A program made the position numbers and the translations under genes. From Haliotis cracherodii (Eukaryota), in NCBI RefSeq assembly GCF_022045235.1, contig NW_027266308.1:49786001-49850000 (forward strand): a DNA stretch of 64,000 nt, given 5' to 3'. The stretch's first letter is position 1, and each line of letters opens with the position of its first letter. The notes under the pieces were generated by a model. It had not been told where the DNA came from. It saw nothing but the letters and a program-made list of their open reading frames with translations, and searched no databases. This document shows positions 39,201-54,200 of the stretch, in pieces.

Positions 39201-42200
39201 CAGCCTTAGAATCTGATTAAATCAACAAAGAACAGCTCTAATCATCACATGTTTACTCAGCATCACCATCACTGGTGAAACAGATGTCATATAGCTGGAA
39301 TATTGCTGAGTGTGGCGTTAAACAACAAACAACAACATTGGTGAAACATACATGAAAAATTGTGCCAGTTCAAAAACTTTTCTTGGTGTGTTAGAGTTGC
39401 TCAACATCTTTTGTGCCCTGCTTTCATAAAGTTTACACAATGGTACGCAAATTTGTGTCTTGCTTTATATTTCTCTGACATCAAACATTGGAACTGCTTC
39501 CAAACTATGGAGGATGATTGGGGCTATTATCACTATTGCGATATAGTTCTGCAATAGTACCCGACATTATTGCAATACAGTAAACTACGGTTATAAGGAA
39601 CTCAAAGGGACCTGTAATTTTAGTTCGTAATAACCGTAGTTCGTCATAAGCATATAAACATCATATATACATCAAATGGCCAGGACTAAAAAATAAGTTT
39701 GTTATATCCGTCAGTTCGTTATAAGCATGTTCGTTATAAATGTAGTTTACTGTAGTATTGCGACTGTGTTAAACGACTTTAAGGTTTGATAGTTACATTA
39801 ATCAATGTAACAGAAACAAATAAAGTATGGTGGACAATGTCCTAGTTGGCAATGTTCCTCCCTGTTAAAACTCAAACGAAAGGGAAGTTACTCTAATTGA
39901 ATACTTGCTAATCATCAGACGGCAGGTTTGAAAATCAACTGTCAGAGTTTTCTGACAAATCAGTTGTTTTATTTATAACTGTGACTATTCAGACTATCGA
40001 TTGTTACACATATGATATACCATTAGCGTTTTAAATTCCTATCGATAGAGTACAATTATAGGGCAAGCAATTGTGATACCTTGATAGTTCGATAGATCAT
40101 TACACTCATATTCCATACTAAAATAAATATTGAAAATGTTTCCAATAAGGATATTTATCCTTCCTAAACTTATTTAATGGCATAAGACAGGACATTCAAG
40201 AGGACAACACATAAACCTGCTTAAAAGAACACAGCTATTTCTGAACGTGTTACTCATTGTGTAAGATTGAGACCGACCCACCGACTACGTAGGTTGCCCC
40301 AGAGATCAGTTTGTAGGATATCAATACAACAAGTCATTTAGCCATGTTTAGAAAACTTGCCATGGGAACTCCTTTCGCATGTTGGGGCAAACAAATCCTC
40401 TATCTACTTGAAACCTTTTAGTTCAACTAAACTCTGCATGGCTGAGGTGAATCTCTTTCACACAGAAAACAGGTATGGTACATATTAGGCAAATAAATGG
40501 TTAATAAGTTCACAAAGATAACACAGTCCTTTGTAACTAAAATATGTAATAACTGCTTTTGCTCTCTATCATCAGAAACAAGCTTTTATTTTATCGGTAT
40601 ATTCTTTACATTCGGTGCATTGATTTTTCCAACAGCTGCCTGGACTATTTTAATCCGTTAACGATAAGGACAAAAATATGCAAAGCACAAACAAATCCAA
40701 ATTTATTAGGATATTCATGGAAATCCTACATCACCCACCTACATCAACAGTTCAAATTCCACTCCAGGAAAATTCTTTTGTACCATATTTAGAGTCTACC
40801 TGTCATCTTTTTTTAAAACAAATTCTTTTGGTTCACTTGTAGAATACCAGATACCTTTTGCCTTTCTGAAAAGGTGTGAGACATTTTGTGCTTGAAAAGG
40901 TAATTTAGTATTGGTTTCCAAGTTTTTCACCTGCCATTTTCAGAGTCATTCCAGGCGGTTTGGGGGGACTTGCCCCATCAACTGATGCTTTTTTTAATTT
41001 CATATTACGTTCCAGACTTATTTCCAGACACCAGAAAAGTCGTTGCTGCCATTCATTGAACTTTGAATATCACTTCATTTGTCTATCAGTGTCATATTTC
41101 AAATGTCAATGAACTGAACTGCCATCTATGAAATGCATGCTGATTCATAATCCCTTCTATTTTCAAGTTTTGGGAACAAATTTTTCAAATTGTGCCTCAG
41201 CGACAGAAGCATCAAACAAATATCATCAACGGGTATACTGCAAGTGTACCTCTCTTTCAGCCCTTATTACTTTGAGGTGGTGTCTTTGATTCAAGATGTA
41301 TATTTTTGAGAAGACAACTATCTTTATGAGTGAGTGAGTGAGTGAGTGAGTGAGTGAGTGAGTTGGGTTTAACGCTGCTTTTAACAGTATTCCAGTTATA
41401 TCGTGGCGTGTCAGCTTAATGTGGGAGGAAAGCCCGAAGTGATACAGGTCTTAGATGTTTATCACTTCTGTGAAACCCACAAGTGAGTGAGTGAGTGAGT
41501 GAGTTGGGTTTAACGCTGCTTTTAACAGTATTCCAGTTATATCGTGGCGTGTCAGCTTAATGTGGGAGGAAAGCCCGAAGTGATACAGGTCTTAGACGTT
41601 TACCACTTCGGTGAAACCCACGAGCACGGGTATGGTGTTGACTAACCTAGAAACATAATCGGGGCGAACCGGGATTCGAACCCACAACCATAGGTTTCTG
41701 CCGTGCCCAACGGATGCAACTCTGCACAGCGAATCGCAGCGCCCACACTATCTTTATGAACAGGTGTTGACAAACGAATGTCTTGAATTCATAATATAAA
41801 CATTTTATTTATATTCTTATTTGTACATGCTCTGCGGTCAGAATTTGACAATTGTTTTTGACCTTTTATCTACAAACTTCCATACTGAGTGCTTGTTTGG
41901 CCTGATCAGCATTAGAATTGGCTCTTGTCCTATAGTTCTTGTCATACTGCCAAAAGTTATGGTATCATAAGGACTAGTAGAAATTTGCCTTCCTTAAGAG
42001 TTTTGCTATATTTTATCATTATAAGGACTAGTGGACCAAAACTGTTAGTTTCTATTGCTAATCAGACTCCTGGATCTCCTTCACCTAGACATTAACATAC
42101 ATCTTCAACAAGACTCCAGCATACAGTTCAACTGGATCCCAACATAAAATTTCACCCAGACCCTAAACATAACTTTCACTAGACTCTAACATACAGTTTC

Positions 42201-45200
42201 ACCTAGACTAACATACAGTTTCACCTAGGCTCTAACATACAGTTTCACCTAGGCTCTAACATACAGTTTCACCTAGGCTCTAACATACAGTTTCACCTAG
42301 GCTCTAACATACAGTTTCACTTGACTGTGACATACAGTTTCACCTAGGCTCTAACATACAGTTTCACCTAGGCTCTAACATACAGTTTCACCTAGGCTCT
42401 AACATACAGTTTCACCTAGGCTCTAACATACAGTTTCACCTAGACTAACATACAGTTTCACCTAGGCTCTAACATACAGTTTCACCTAGGCTCTAACATA
42501 CAGTTTCACTTGACTCTGACATACAGTTTCACCTAGGCTCTAACATACAGTTTCACCTAGACTAACATACAGTTTCACCTATGCTCTAACATACAGTTTC
42601 ACCTAGGCTCTAACATACAGTTTCACCTAGGCTCTAACATACAGTTTCACCTAGGCTCTAACATAGTTTCACCTAGGCTCTAACATACAGTTTCACCTAG
42701 GCTCTAACATACAGATTCACCTAGGCTCTAACATACAGTTTCTAAAACAAAACTCATTCATAATTAAGGCCTTCAAAATCAGTCATGTAACCTCAAAGAG
42801 GATATCCACATGGCAAGCAATTACCAAAATATTTGAATTAATTACATGTTTTCTGGCGCCACCCTTTTACAAATATTGACAGAAGGAAGTTGCTATCCTA
42901 CCTACAATATAAGTTATTGTGTAGCTGATTGTTTGTCCGACAGACACTGCAAACACGCCAGTCTGGCTTTTTAGGTGATCTTAAACACTGATAGTCTTAT
43001 GTTGTACAATGTTTCACAGCGTACCAGTGGATTGGATTTTTCGTCCCAATCCAAGCAAGGAAGGATGTAAAAATATAAGCAATACTTACAATACTAATGA
43101 TTCAACAAAGCTACTACACATTCTAAATTAATATAGGCTAAATCCTGTATTACATGTAATTTTTTTTATTGATATAGACTTGGAAGAGAAATAATCTGAT
43201 TATTTAACATTGTAATTCAGCAAAAGCAGCACTTTCCAAAAAAAATTATAGAAACTTCATTATTCTAAAACATAAGTCTGTTGCTCTCGGTTCACCCTGA
43301 TTATGCTTCTAGGTTTGTCAGCGCCATAACTGTGTCTGTGGATTTCACCAAAGTGGTAAACGTCTGAGACCTGCATAACTTTGGGCTTTCCTCCCACATT
43401 AAGCTGAAACGCCAGGATTTAAATGGAATACTGGTCAAAGTAGCATTAAACCAAACTCACTCACTCACTCCTTAACATGACATCGACAAGGATAAACAGT
43501 TCAGGAAATTGACAGAAAGGTTCAATATTTCAGCAGTTATGAAATATCATGCAAGTCATTGACCAATAAAAAAGCTCCGATTTGTTAAATAATGAATTAT
43601 TGATCATAAGATCAGCATCTGAACAGTTTGAGCTTGTCCCAGAAAGTATTTGACACTGTAAATTTTGTCAGTTCAATGGATGTACTGAGAACCATGTGTT
43701 AACTATCAATGGATGTAGGCATTACGCAGAACTCCTACAAATGCGCGTCTTACACATGAGTGAGTGAGTGAGTGAGTATGGTTTTACGCCGCTTTTAGCA
43801 ATATTCCAGCAATATCATGGCAGGGGACACCAGAAATGGGCAGGGGACAACAGAAATGGGCCGGGTCTTCGGCGTGACGAGCGAACGCTTTAACCACTAG
43901 GCTACCCCACCGCCCCGTCTTACACTTGAACTATTTTGACTTACTGAGTGTATAAAACATTACTTAACCCATACATTTCCAATAAAAATATGTTACGCTC
44001 ATTTTGTCTCATAACATACAAGAAAATCCTTCTTTCTGCCTTGACACACTTGACATGTGATAGTTCATACGGTTACAGAACCAGAAGAGATCAACATTTT
44101 GATTTGGGAACTTATTAATTTACTTTAAATGAAGCTGCACTTGTTTAAGCTGCACTTGTTGAAGTTCCTTGGCAATACTGAATACTATTTGTATGCCATC
44201 TACTCTCAGCAAATCTGGCAAACTCAATCCAAGCCTGGACACTGAATATCCCTATCAAAAGTTGAGTAGGATACATTTACAGTAGAAAAGACCAAATATC
44301 TTCTTTTGCTACATGTAACGAATTCCCACACCCTGCTACTTTAGTCACTAGTCCCAAGGCCTGAGTGTAGTAACATTCTGTTCCCCACTGCTGATATACA
44401 ATCGATATAATAACACTAAATTCTACTGAAAAGTGTGGGCTAGCTGACTCAAAAGTGTTTGACTGTTAAAGTACACATGTTAATTAATCCTCAGGTAATC
44501 ATGCTAATTGTCTCAAGATCCTGCATGAAGTGGACATTTCATTCAAAGATTCCAACAGACTCGGGTGGGTTCCATGACACACAGACACACAGCTGTGACA
44601 TGGATGTGGACACTGGAACATTAGCCTCATGGTCAACAGTTCAGATGACATTAGGTAGATTTGCCGGCCATGAACTTTCTACAAACTGGGATGTCAACCT
44701 TTTCAGATGCCCAGATTCAGAAAATAATCCTCTATCTTCTTATAATTATATCCTTCTTACAAAGGCTAAACAAAAAAAATTTCCTGACGAACATGCAGCC
44801 TTGATGTTTTAACATCAACAACACAAATGGAAATATACTAATTCAATTTAACCCCTCAAATTGAACATGTTGAATGTAATATTGCTTTAACGTTTTATAT
44901 TGTGACAGTTTTTAAAGTAGAAAAAAGGAAATAGACCTTAAATCAACAGATGTTTTCAAGATAAATGTCCTGATTGTATACATGTTGAATATTATTGATA
45001 CTTCTTTGTAATTAACCATTATTGACCAATGAAATAACAAACACTTTAAATTCACAGATTGTTTCTTTTACAAATATGACAATATTGTCTGTAAAACAAG
45101 AAAATATCTGATCAAATGTGCAACATTATCATACAATTAGCTTCTATTCACTTTATGACTCACGCACAATACGCAATCCGTTCATAATATTCCCCTATAT

Positions 45201-48200
45201 CATTAGATGAACATGACACTACACCAGTTTTCTACCTAGTTATAATACAATACTAACTTGATTAAAATAAATGCTTTGAAGTACTCATGCATAATGTGTT
45301 GAGTTTCTTCACCTGCACTGGGTATTGTGCAATGTAGATTAGATCTGTGTACATGACTAACAAACACTAGCGGGTGTTAGCAGGCTTGGGTGCAATGGGT
45401 ACGAGCAGCTTGAGTGTTGGGTTGTGTCAAGACCACACCCGCACTAGGGGTATAGTGGGGGCGAGGTGGTAAGGGGTTGGGGGTTAGAAACTATAGCTAG
45501 GGGAGACTGTGGCAGTGTGGATAAGGCAGTAATTACATATAGCTAGGGGGTTGGGTTGCGTAGGGTTTGGATGGGATAGCCAGGGATAAAGTGTTATTAG
45601 CATCTTGATGTCTCCCAGGGGGGATTCCAGTGAGAGAGAATGGTTTTACGCCGCTTTTAGCAATATTCCAGCAATACCACGGCGGGGGACACCAGAAATG
45701 GGCTTCACCCAATGTACCCATGTAGGGAATCGAACCTGGGTCTTTGGCGTGACAAGCGAGCGCTTTAACCACTAGGCTACCCGACCGCCCCTTGGGGATT
45801 CCAGGCTACAACAGGTGCCCTATGTTTGTCTTGAGAGGCAACTTTATGGTTTGGGTGGTCAGATCTGGTGACTTGGGATTGTATGTGACTATACCCCGAC
45901 ATAGTTTGGATTTAGGGGTTGGGTTGTGTAGGGTTTGGGTGGGTGTGGCATGGAGGTATAAGATGATATTAGTAACTAGATTGTACCCCCTGATGAATGG
46001 GGTGGGATGTATGTCTGTGAGGGGGTGTGAGAGGGTAGAAGTGTGTGTGAGTGTGGTGTGTGTGTGGTGTGAGGAGGTAGAAGGGGATGTGTGGTGTGTG
46101 GTGTGTGCGTGCATTGGGTTTCAAAAGAAAGACAAAAACGCAACACCCTAATCCTATGGGGCTGTAATGGGTCGAAGTAGGGTCTGAGTTAGGGTCCTTT
46201 TGGGTAAAACCTCTAATGGGGTTAACAGTGAGGGTGGGATGATTTTGGATAACATCAATGAAGATTCAATTTTTACATAATATTAATAGTGATTGAGTGA
46301 GTTGGGTTTAGCACCCTCTTTAACAGTATTCCAGTCATATCACTGAGTGTCAGCTAGAAAAAGCCCGAAAAGCCTGAGATGATGCAGGTTTCAGACGTGA
46401 TGCAGGTTTCAGACATTTACCACTTTGGTGAAACCCATGAGTATGGTGCTGACAAACCTAGAAACATAATCAGGGTGAAACGGGATTCAAACCCACCATC
46501 TGGCATGCCCAAGGGATGCTACTCTGCACAGAGTAATGATAATGTTAGCACTTGACAAAATGATGATTAATAAACCAGGTACCGTCTTGTGCAAACTTGT
46601 GACAACGTGCCCTAGAAGAAGACTAGGCACAGGCAATCACTAGACTGGCTCTCTGACAACTCCAATTTTATGCTAACACACCTGGCACTAATTAAAAAGT
46701 CCGGAAAATAGACTCAAACTGTGGAGCACGGCCTCCCTTTAAACTATTTCTAATTTCCAATACATATAAAAACAAAAACCCTTCATGTGAATTAATCATG
46801 TCTCAGTAAAATAAGAACTCAGTGGAAATAATATTTTCCCAATAGCTGTTCTGATACGGACTGATATTACAGCACCTAAAACAGTGGTGAAGTTTGCAAA
46901 GCACACTCAGAAAAGGCAATCAGAGGTTTCTAGTTCCTGGAGATATTGGTGTTTTGATGATTAAGTTCGAATCAATACACATGGGCCATAACCGCTGTAG
47001 TGCACATCCTGTTGGAGAAGAAGCGTCCCGCTGGCTGCGGCGGCCATACTGACCTGCCCGCAAAGGTATAAACGAGACGCAGAGCCAGGTGTGGGTTTAT
47101 CAACGGTATTACTCACACTCCAACTCGTCATAAATATCAGGTGATTGAGAACTCAGCAGGAACAAGTCGGCACTCCAGGTAGACTGCCCTCCCACGTTAT
47201 GAGTCTTAGTCAGGTAGAAGTGCAAGGCGAGATGGCGGCCAAACATAGCAGGAGATCTACCCTGTCAACTTCCAAACAACCGACCCTGGGAGACACTTTT
47301 ATAGGTTCAATTCTAAAAAAACTGCTAGGTGCAATTTCATTCTTTAAAGTAAACTAATTAACTGATTGAATGATTTTGACCTCGACTTCACATTGAATAT
47401 GTTAGCAGAGTAAATATATAAAAATAATCCTAATCAATAAATATACTTAAAATGTCTGGAAGTTATATATAAACATGGGGATGAGTCATCAATAATGATT
47501 GTCACCTGAAGGCAGATTACGAGATTTTCTATCCACACACAATCACAAGAATGCTCAACATATCATCTTACCTGAAAGCAAATATGTCAAAAAACATAAT
47601 GGATCGAGCAGCAACACAAATAAAAAGTCTCTGGGATGAAACTAAGGAAAATATAGAAGCATACCTGATATCTTTCAATAAACTCTAACAGTATGAACTG
47701 AATCAGATAAACACCCTTGGCAGGAAGGGACATACAGAGGTAATAAGTGTATTATCACAGCACAGAAGCTTGGCAAACACTCATCTCTTCTGGCTCACAA
47801 ACACATTTTACGTACCGGTACTCAGGCAGGTGATTTCCTGGAATCTGAACAACCTCACTATTTAAATTAGCACTCTTTCTGAAACCTGTGACCTGCTTTC
47901 AATTGGATTAAACAGAAGGTGTGATATCCATTACCTCTTTTGAATTTGAAAGTGTTTAAATTTCAACCTGCATAAGCATTTTCACAAACACGATGAGCCA
48001 GAACTCACCAGCAAAACTGGCAATGAATTCTTACAGTGACACGTGCACTTAGAACAAGAAATGATGTTTTGTTACAAGAAATAAGTCATGCTTAGCAAAC
48101 TGCTATTCTGTTAGACTTAACCATTGATGTTTCAGGACAATGTGACCTTCATTACTTCCTTGTAGTGACAAGTCTAGCATACACATGTCATACTGACACA

Positions 48201-51200
48201 AGCCTGGGTATTACTGCAAGGGTTAAGCGAAACCCACGCTGGATAGATTTCTGCACCTGTTCACATGACCACGCATTGTGAATAGACGGATGAGAAAAAC
48301 TGAAATGGGGATTACCCTTACATGCTTAAATTACTTAGTTTCCTCCATAACGCAATATCTCCCATGATGCAGCATCAATAGGGTATTCATTATGACTGTT
48401 AGAGCATGGCTAGGGTTGTAGCAGTTAGTATTTCCTTGAAAAAATTGATTCACACAAAAGCATAAGGCAAACTTCTATTGCCTCAGCTTAACATTGTCAT
48501 AGGTGACATTAGGTGAGGTGAGGTGAGGTGAGGTGAGGTGAAATGGGGTTTAACATCGCGTCCAAGATTATTGCACTTGTATAGCAACGTGCATGTACGT
48601 GTGTGTGTTTGTGTGGCTGCTTGTACTAGTCCGGACTGATGCCGATTTATAGTGCTAGCTCACTGAGATACCATGCCGCAGTTTAACATGAATACCCCTC
48701 TCAGACACAGTAGAATGACTCCAAGCCAACCAGCCCTTGTTTCAGCCCCTTAATGCCAAGCGCCAGACAGGGTACCATCTTTTAACGTCTTTTGGTATGA
48801 CGCGCCCAGGGATCGAACCCCGGACCTTCCACTCTACGGGCGGACGCTCTACCACTAGACCACGGAGGCGGTCCAGGTGACATTAAGGATAACAATGCTG
48901 CATATTGGATCATTCCTAATGTTTTTTCACGTCAGCACAGAGTGATTATATTATTACCGTGTCAGCACCTATTGTTTGGGTTGATTAATGCTTAATACTG
49001 CATCAACATTTTGTCCTGATGTGAAGGGTTAGCAATGTTGAATCAGAATTGTGTCATTTATATGCGAGGGTGTATATTACCTCATACTATATCAGCACCT
49101 ATTGCTGTTTATACCTGAGGTTGATTAATACTTCATAATGCATCAAAGCTTATTGCTATTTATATTTGAGGTTGAATAATACTAAATAGTGCATCAACAT
49201 TTATTGTTATTTATGTTTGGGGTCGAGACATATTTAATACTGCATCGGCATCTATTGTTGTTTATATTTGGGGTTGAATATACCTTCATACCACATCAGC
49301 ATGTAATGTGGGGGGTTGAATAATGCTGAAAACTACATAGGCATTGTGTCATTTTTATGTGGGATTGCATAATGCTCAATATTTCATCAGACCATACTAT
49401 GATTTATACAGGAGAAGAACAATGCTTGATAAACACCATATTCCTTTATTTCAAGTATACAGACATAGTGACCGTGACTTTTTCATGTAATTGATAAAAA
49501 AATCCACAAATATTTGTCAAAGGAACACTCCATAAATTAGGGCAGGTATGGTATCCTCAACTGCAGCAGCATGGCTTAAAAGCAGTCAATCTTTTGTTTT
49601 GCATGTATCACACACTTATTCCACTGGGCCCTATACCTGGAGGTCAAAATGAATCAATATATTAAACGGGAATCAAAGTTTCAATAACAATATTTTTAGT
49701 TTTGATTCAATCGAGGAGAATAAAGTTATCCTACAGACTGATTTATTATTCTAATTTACCTGTGAGAGTTAAAATCAGCCATACCAAATCCTTACAATTA
49801 ACAAAAAAAAATTATTATGCAGAGGAAAAGGTATCTGTTGTCATAGAAACTGATAGCACCATTTTACTCGTGTGTACTCTACAAACAGTTATCATCCCGG
49901 ATGTTGATTATATAATATCTGAGTCTTTGTTTTTGTGTGGAGTGATAATTTTGTTGATCTGTAATCAGTCCTACATTTGATATTGTAGGCCTAGATTATT
50001 ACTACACATGTGATTGGCAGTACAAGAGGACAAGCTGACAGAGACTGGTGTAAAATGGTCTATTGCACGTGTATCAAAGCACTGCTCCAGATACTGTTAC
50101 AACCACATGAGTACAGTACAGGTCATTGTCAGAACTGACGAGTACAAGTCATATTTTTCAAACCAAAAAGTACCGTACTGCTCGTTTGTACTGGTATGAT
50201 ATTGCACCCCCATCACTGAAAGACCCTGTGTTGTACATTCTTATTTTGGTGCCAAACATAACTAAGACAAGAGAATTTCAGTATGTGTTATTAGCCAATC
50301 CATTTGTTGCTGACAAGAAATAACATATTCCCTGTTTAAACAGAAATTAATGCCCAATATAGAACACAGTTTATCAATGTAGAACATTTTTGAGAATAAA
50401 CAGACAATGTATGGTAACAATTAATCATGAGAGTGTATAGTATTGTTTTCCTGTGTATTTGAGACAGTTGTAATTTGCAATCTATCCGTATTTGACCAGT
50501 TTTTGTCTGTACAATACGTTGATATGGCATCTATCTAGAGTACTGTAAAAGCATCAGCAATACAATGGTAGAAAGAAACATTTTTAGTACACTAGACCTT
50601 ATGATGATAACATACAGCAAAACCCTTAAAAAGGGCAAATTTCTACTAGTCCTTCTGATACCTTAACTATTGACCAGTTTAGCAAGGACTACAGGACCAG
50701 TGCCAATTTCAAACAGTTTTATTAAATCTACTGGTGGAGATCCCCACCATATTCAAATTTCAACAGGTCCATCTTGGCTTCACTGCCCCACAAACACCAA
50801 GTGACTAGGGAGGCAGCTGTCTAGTTGGCAGCTCAATGTCTTCCTCAATGGCTTGTGCTACTTCTCAAGAGCCCTGTCAGTCAGGACGACTATGTGAGAG
50901 CTAGGGAAGAACACCTAGCAAGTCTAAGTCCCCATCATATGACCTGTGTCAATATTTGTTGTCTTCAAAAGGAGAATGCATTCCTCACAAACTTGCTCAC
51001 TTCTATACAGCTCATTTGGTGGACTTCTGACTCAAGATGTCGACATCCTTCCCAATAATGAAACCATGAAAACAGTTCTCTTCCCATGGCTGAGGGAAGG
51101 TGCTGTTTAAAGGGTTCATTGACATAACTTAGTAAATGGAATGAATTGTTATACTTGTCATGCACTTTTACACACGTAGAGTTCTATTGTGTTGAAAACT

Positions 51201-54200
51201 GAGATTATATAGTGGTCATAAAATAATGAAAAGACCACAATGCTTCACTTCCATTTTAATGCCAAACAAGATGAAGTACGGAAGATTATTCTGAACTAAA
51301 ACAATTTGTTTCTACAAATTTTCTTCAAATCTGTTTTCATACTTTTTGGGGTATGTACATCTACTTCAGGCTTATTCGAAAAGATGGCTACCAACTGCAG
51401 AGTTTTTCTCCCAAAAGCAGAACACTTTCCTACAGAAGAATATTTTGCTTCCATCTGCCAAACATTTGATCCCAACTGGAGAAAAATGTCAGTCCAATGC
51501 AGAACATGTTTTGCCATCAGAAGAACATTTTATCCAAACTATAATGATATTTTATCCTAACTGTACCAAACTTCTACCAACTGGAGAACATCTGTTGATA
51601 TCTGGGAGAACACTTATCCAAAATGTATATTTTTTCCCATCTACACAAATTTTCAACCAATTACGTTTTTTCCAAACATTTTCAAATAACTGCAGAACAT
51701 TTTCAGTGGTAGGAACAGACAGTTTTAGTCCACTAGTCCTTATAATGATAACATATAGCAAAACCCTAAAAAGGGGCAAATTTCTACTGGTCCTTATGAT
51801 ACCTTAACTATTGGGCAGGACTGTAGGACTAGTGATAATTTCTAATGCTTATTTTCACCCGAATGTAAAACATTCTCTTCCAACTTGAGAAGTCACACAG
51901 CCTGGAAGTGTATGCAAAGATTCCCATTGCCTCCCAAGTGGAGGTACAGGAAAACAGTACGAGATAAAGGCAAATTATCCCACTAGAGCAGATAGCAGGC
52001 TCTTGAGGGTCCAGGTAGTGAGTTCTCCACTATCTGCTGAGGAGATATCAAACAGGAAGTTGGGAGATAAGGCAGGGTTATCTGCCCCTACCTAAGCTTC
52101 AGCTTACAGTTGTCATGACTACAAGAGGTGGCAGCTGCCTCTGTCAAACTAATCCATCTGTGTATAGGGAAACACTCTACACACCATTAGGAAACACAGT
52201 CATGTCAAACACTAAATTTCAAACACTGACCTTGCGTTAAATGTTTGAAGCCTGTGAACAATCAATTTAAGTTTACAAACACACTGCTTAATTTGTAAAC
52301 TGTCTGCTCAGACAATCCAACCTATGACCAAATTCCATTAAATCTCTATTGTGTGACAAACATAAATAAGATAGTAAACTATGTCTGTTATATTCAGACA
52401 CATGAGTAAATAGGGCTGACATGTTATACTGAAGTCCCAATACAATATGTTTAGAGATACGTTTTGCATGAAACGATACATATCAAGACACATACTTTTG
52501 AAGACAAACTTGTGTAATTCTAACACAACTTTACAAATCAAAAGCTGATTTTTTTTCAAATTCACTTTTTGATTTCAAATGTTTATATTCCTTCCGGGTC
52601 ACCCTGACTATGTTTCTTGGTCTGTCAGCACCATCTCTGTGTTCGTGGGTTTCACCAAAGTGGTAAAGGTTTGAGACCTGCATCACTACAGGCTTTCCTC
52701 CCACATCAAGCTGACACCCCGTGATATAACTAGAAAACCGTTCACAGCATCGTAATTCCCAACTCATTCACCATGCTCGCTCACTCATTCACTCAAATTA
52801 TTTTCTACCCGAGGAGATGTATGCTTGCCATAAAAGGCGACTATGCTTGTCGTAAGAGGCGACTAACAGGGTCGTGAAGGGGTCAGACTCACTGACTTAG
52901 TTGATGCATGTCTCGTATTCCAATTGCGCGGATCGATGCTCATGATGTCAATCACTGGATTGTCTGGTCTAGACTCAATTATTTATAGACCGCCATCATA
53001 TAGATGGAATACTGCTGAGTGCAGTGTTAAACAACAAACAAACAAACAAACAAATCATATCATTTTCAGAGGATACCATATTAAATGATGGAATCCCTAT
53101 GCAAATGGGATAGAGTTGGCATGTCATTTGGTGCCTTAGTCATTACTCAAATCCGGGCACTAGTGTGACTTTGCACTATACACTATCATGCATAGACGAT
53201 AGCTCTCTTATACTCCAAAAAAAATGCACAAAATTCACTTTATGAGAAAGTACATTCACATAAGTCATGCAAATTAAGTTAACATTAGAGTTTTTTGGAG
53301 ATCAGAAATTGCCTGGAAAGGAACTTTGTACTTGACACAAGTCCTGGTAGATTTGCAGACTTGTCAAATCTCAGTCTGTATCTCAGTTCTGTTATTTGAT
53401 TGGATGGCTAAATATAGTACCCAAAATTCAGACTCTAAACGAATCTATGGTGGCAAATGGGCCCAGGGTAGTTATCATAACAGAATGGAGATATAATACA
53501 CTGGATTATCATGAATGATAAACTATATCATTGTAATATTGTACACTGATCATATTTTGAAGGTGAAATTACTTCAATAGAGCTATGACCTTCAGTATCA
53601 TGAAGAATATTTTTGATCTTCTACCCAGCAGTATGGATCAAAAGGTCACCCAACTAGAACTTTCCATTCACGAAGAGTAAGTCAAGTCCCACAAACTTGT
53701 GCCTGTCCTTCAGTGCTATAAGTTTTCCTGACCTTTTGAATGACTAAGAGCGTTTCCAGAGATAACGGTTTTCTCAAGATTACATTCTCTCGGTGCCAAG
53801 GAAACCACAGGTCAGACAGTAAGATTCAACACTCACAGCCACAAAGTTTACAAATGTTTCCAAGTAAAACGGATATCTGCCCTCGGAACAGGCCGCACCT
53901 CGGATGGTAGGAGGAGCGTGTGACTTTGCAAAGTTATAAAGGTTTGCTGAAAGGACCATTTGTCACTAGGCAGTTGACAGCATTAATCAGCCTCTGACAT
54001 GCAGCTAGCAGAAGGGTGGACTTTGAGCCTGATAACGGAGCTACCTACCTAGGCCAGTCTGGGTGGACAAACTTCCTGGCTGGGAGGGAGCGGGAACATG
54101 CGCAGTAGATGGCGCTGTAAGTGGCGACAGCGCTGACCTGGCCTGGTGTTCCAGAATCTCATTATGCTTCTTCTTCAGCTCCTTCAGGTCATTCTGAAAC

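Noticed and set aside
51296-51807. Cluster of 70-150-aa ORFs
   Set aside because: A degenerate ccaactg/agaaca repeat region plus a dispersed repeat, with no recognisable protein or splice pattern.
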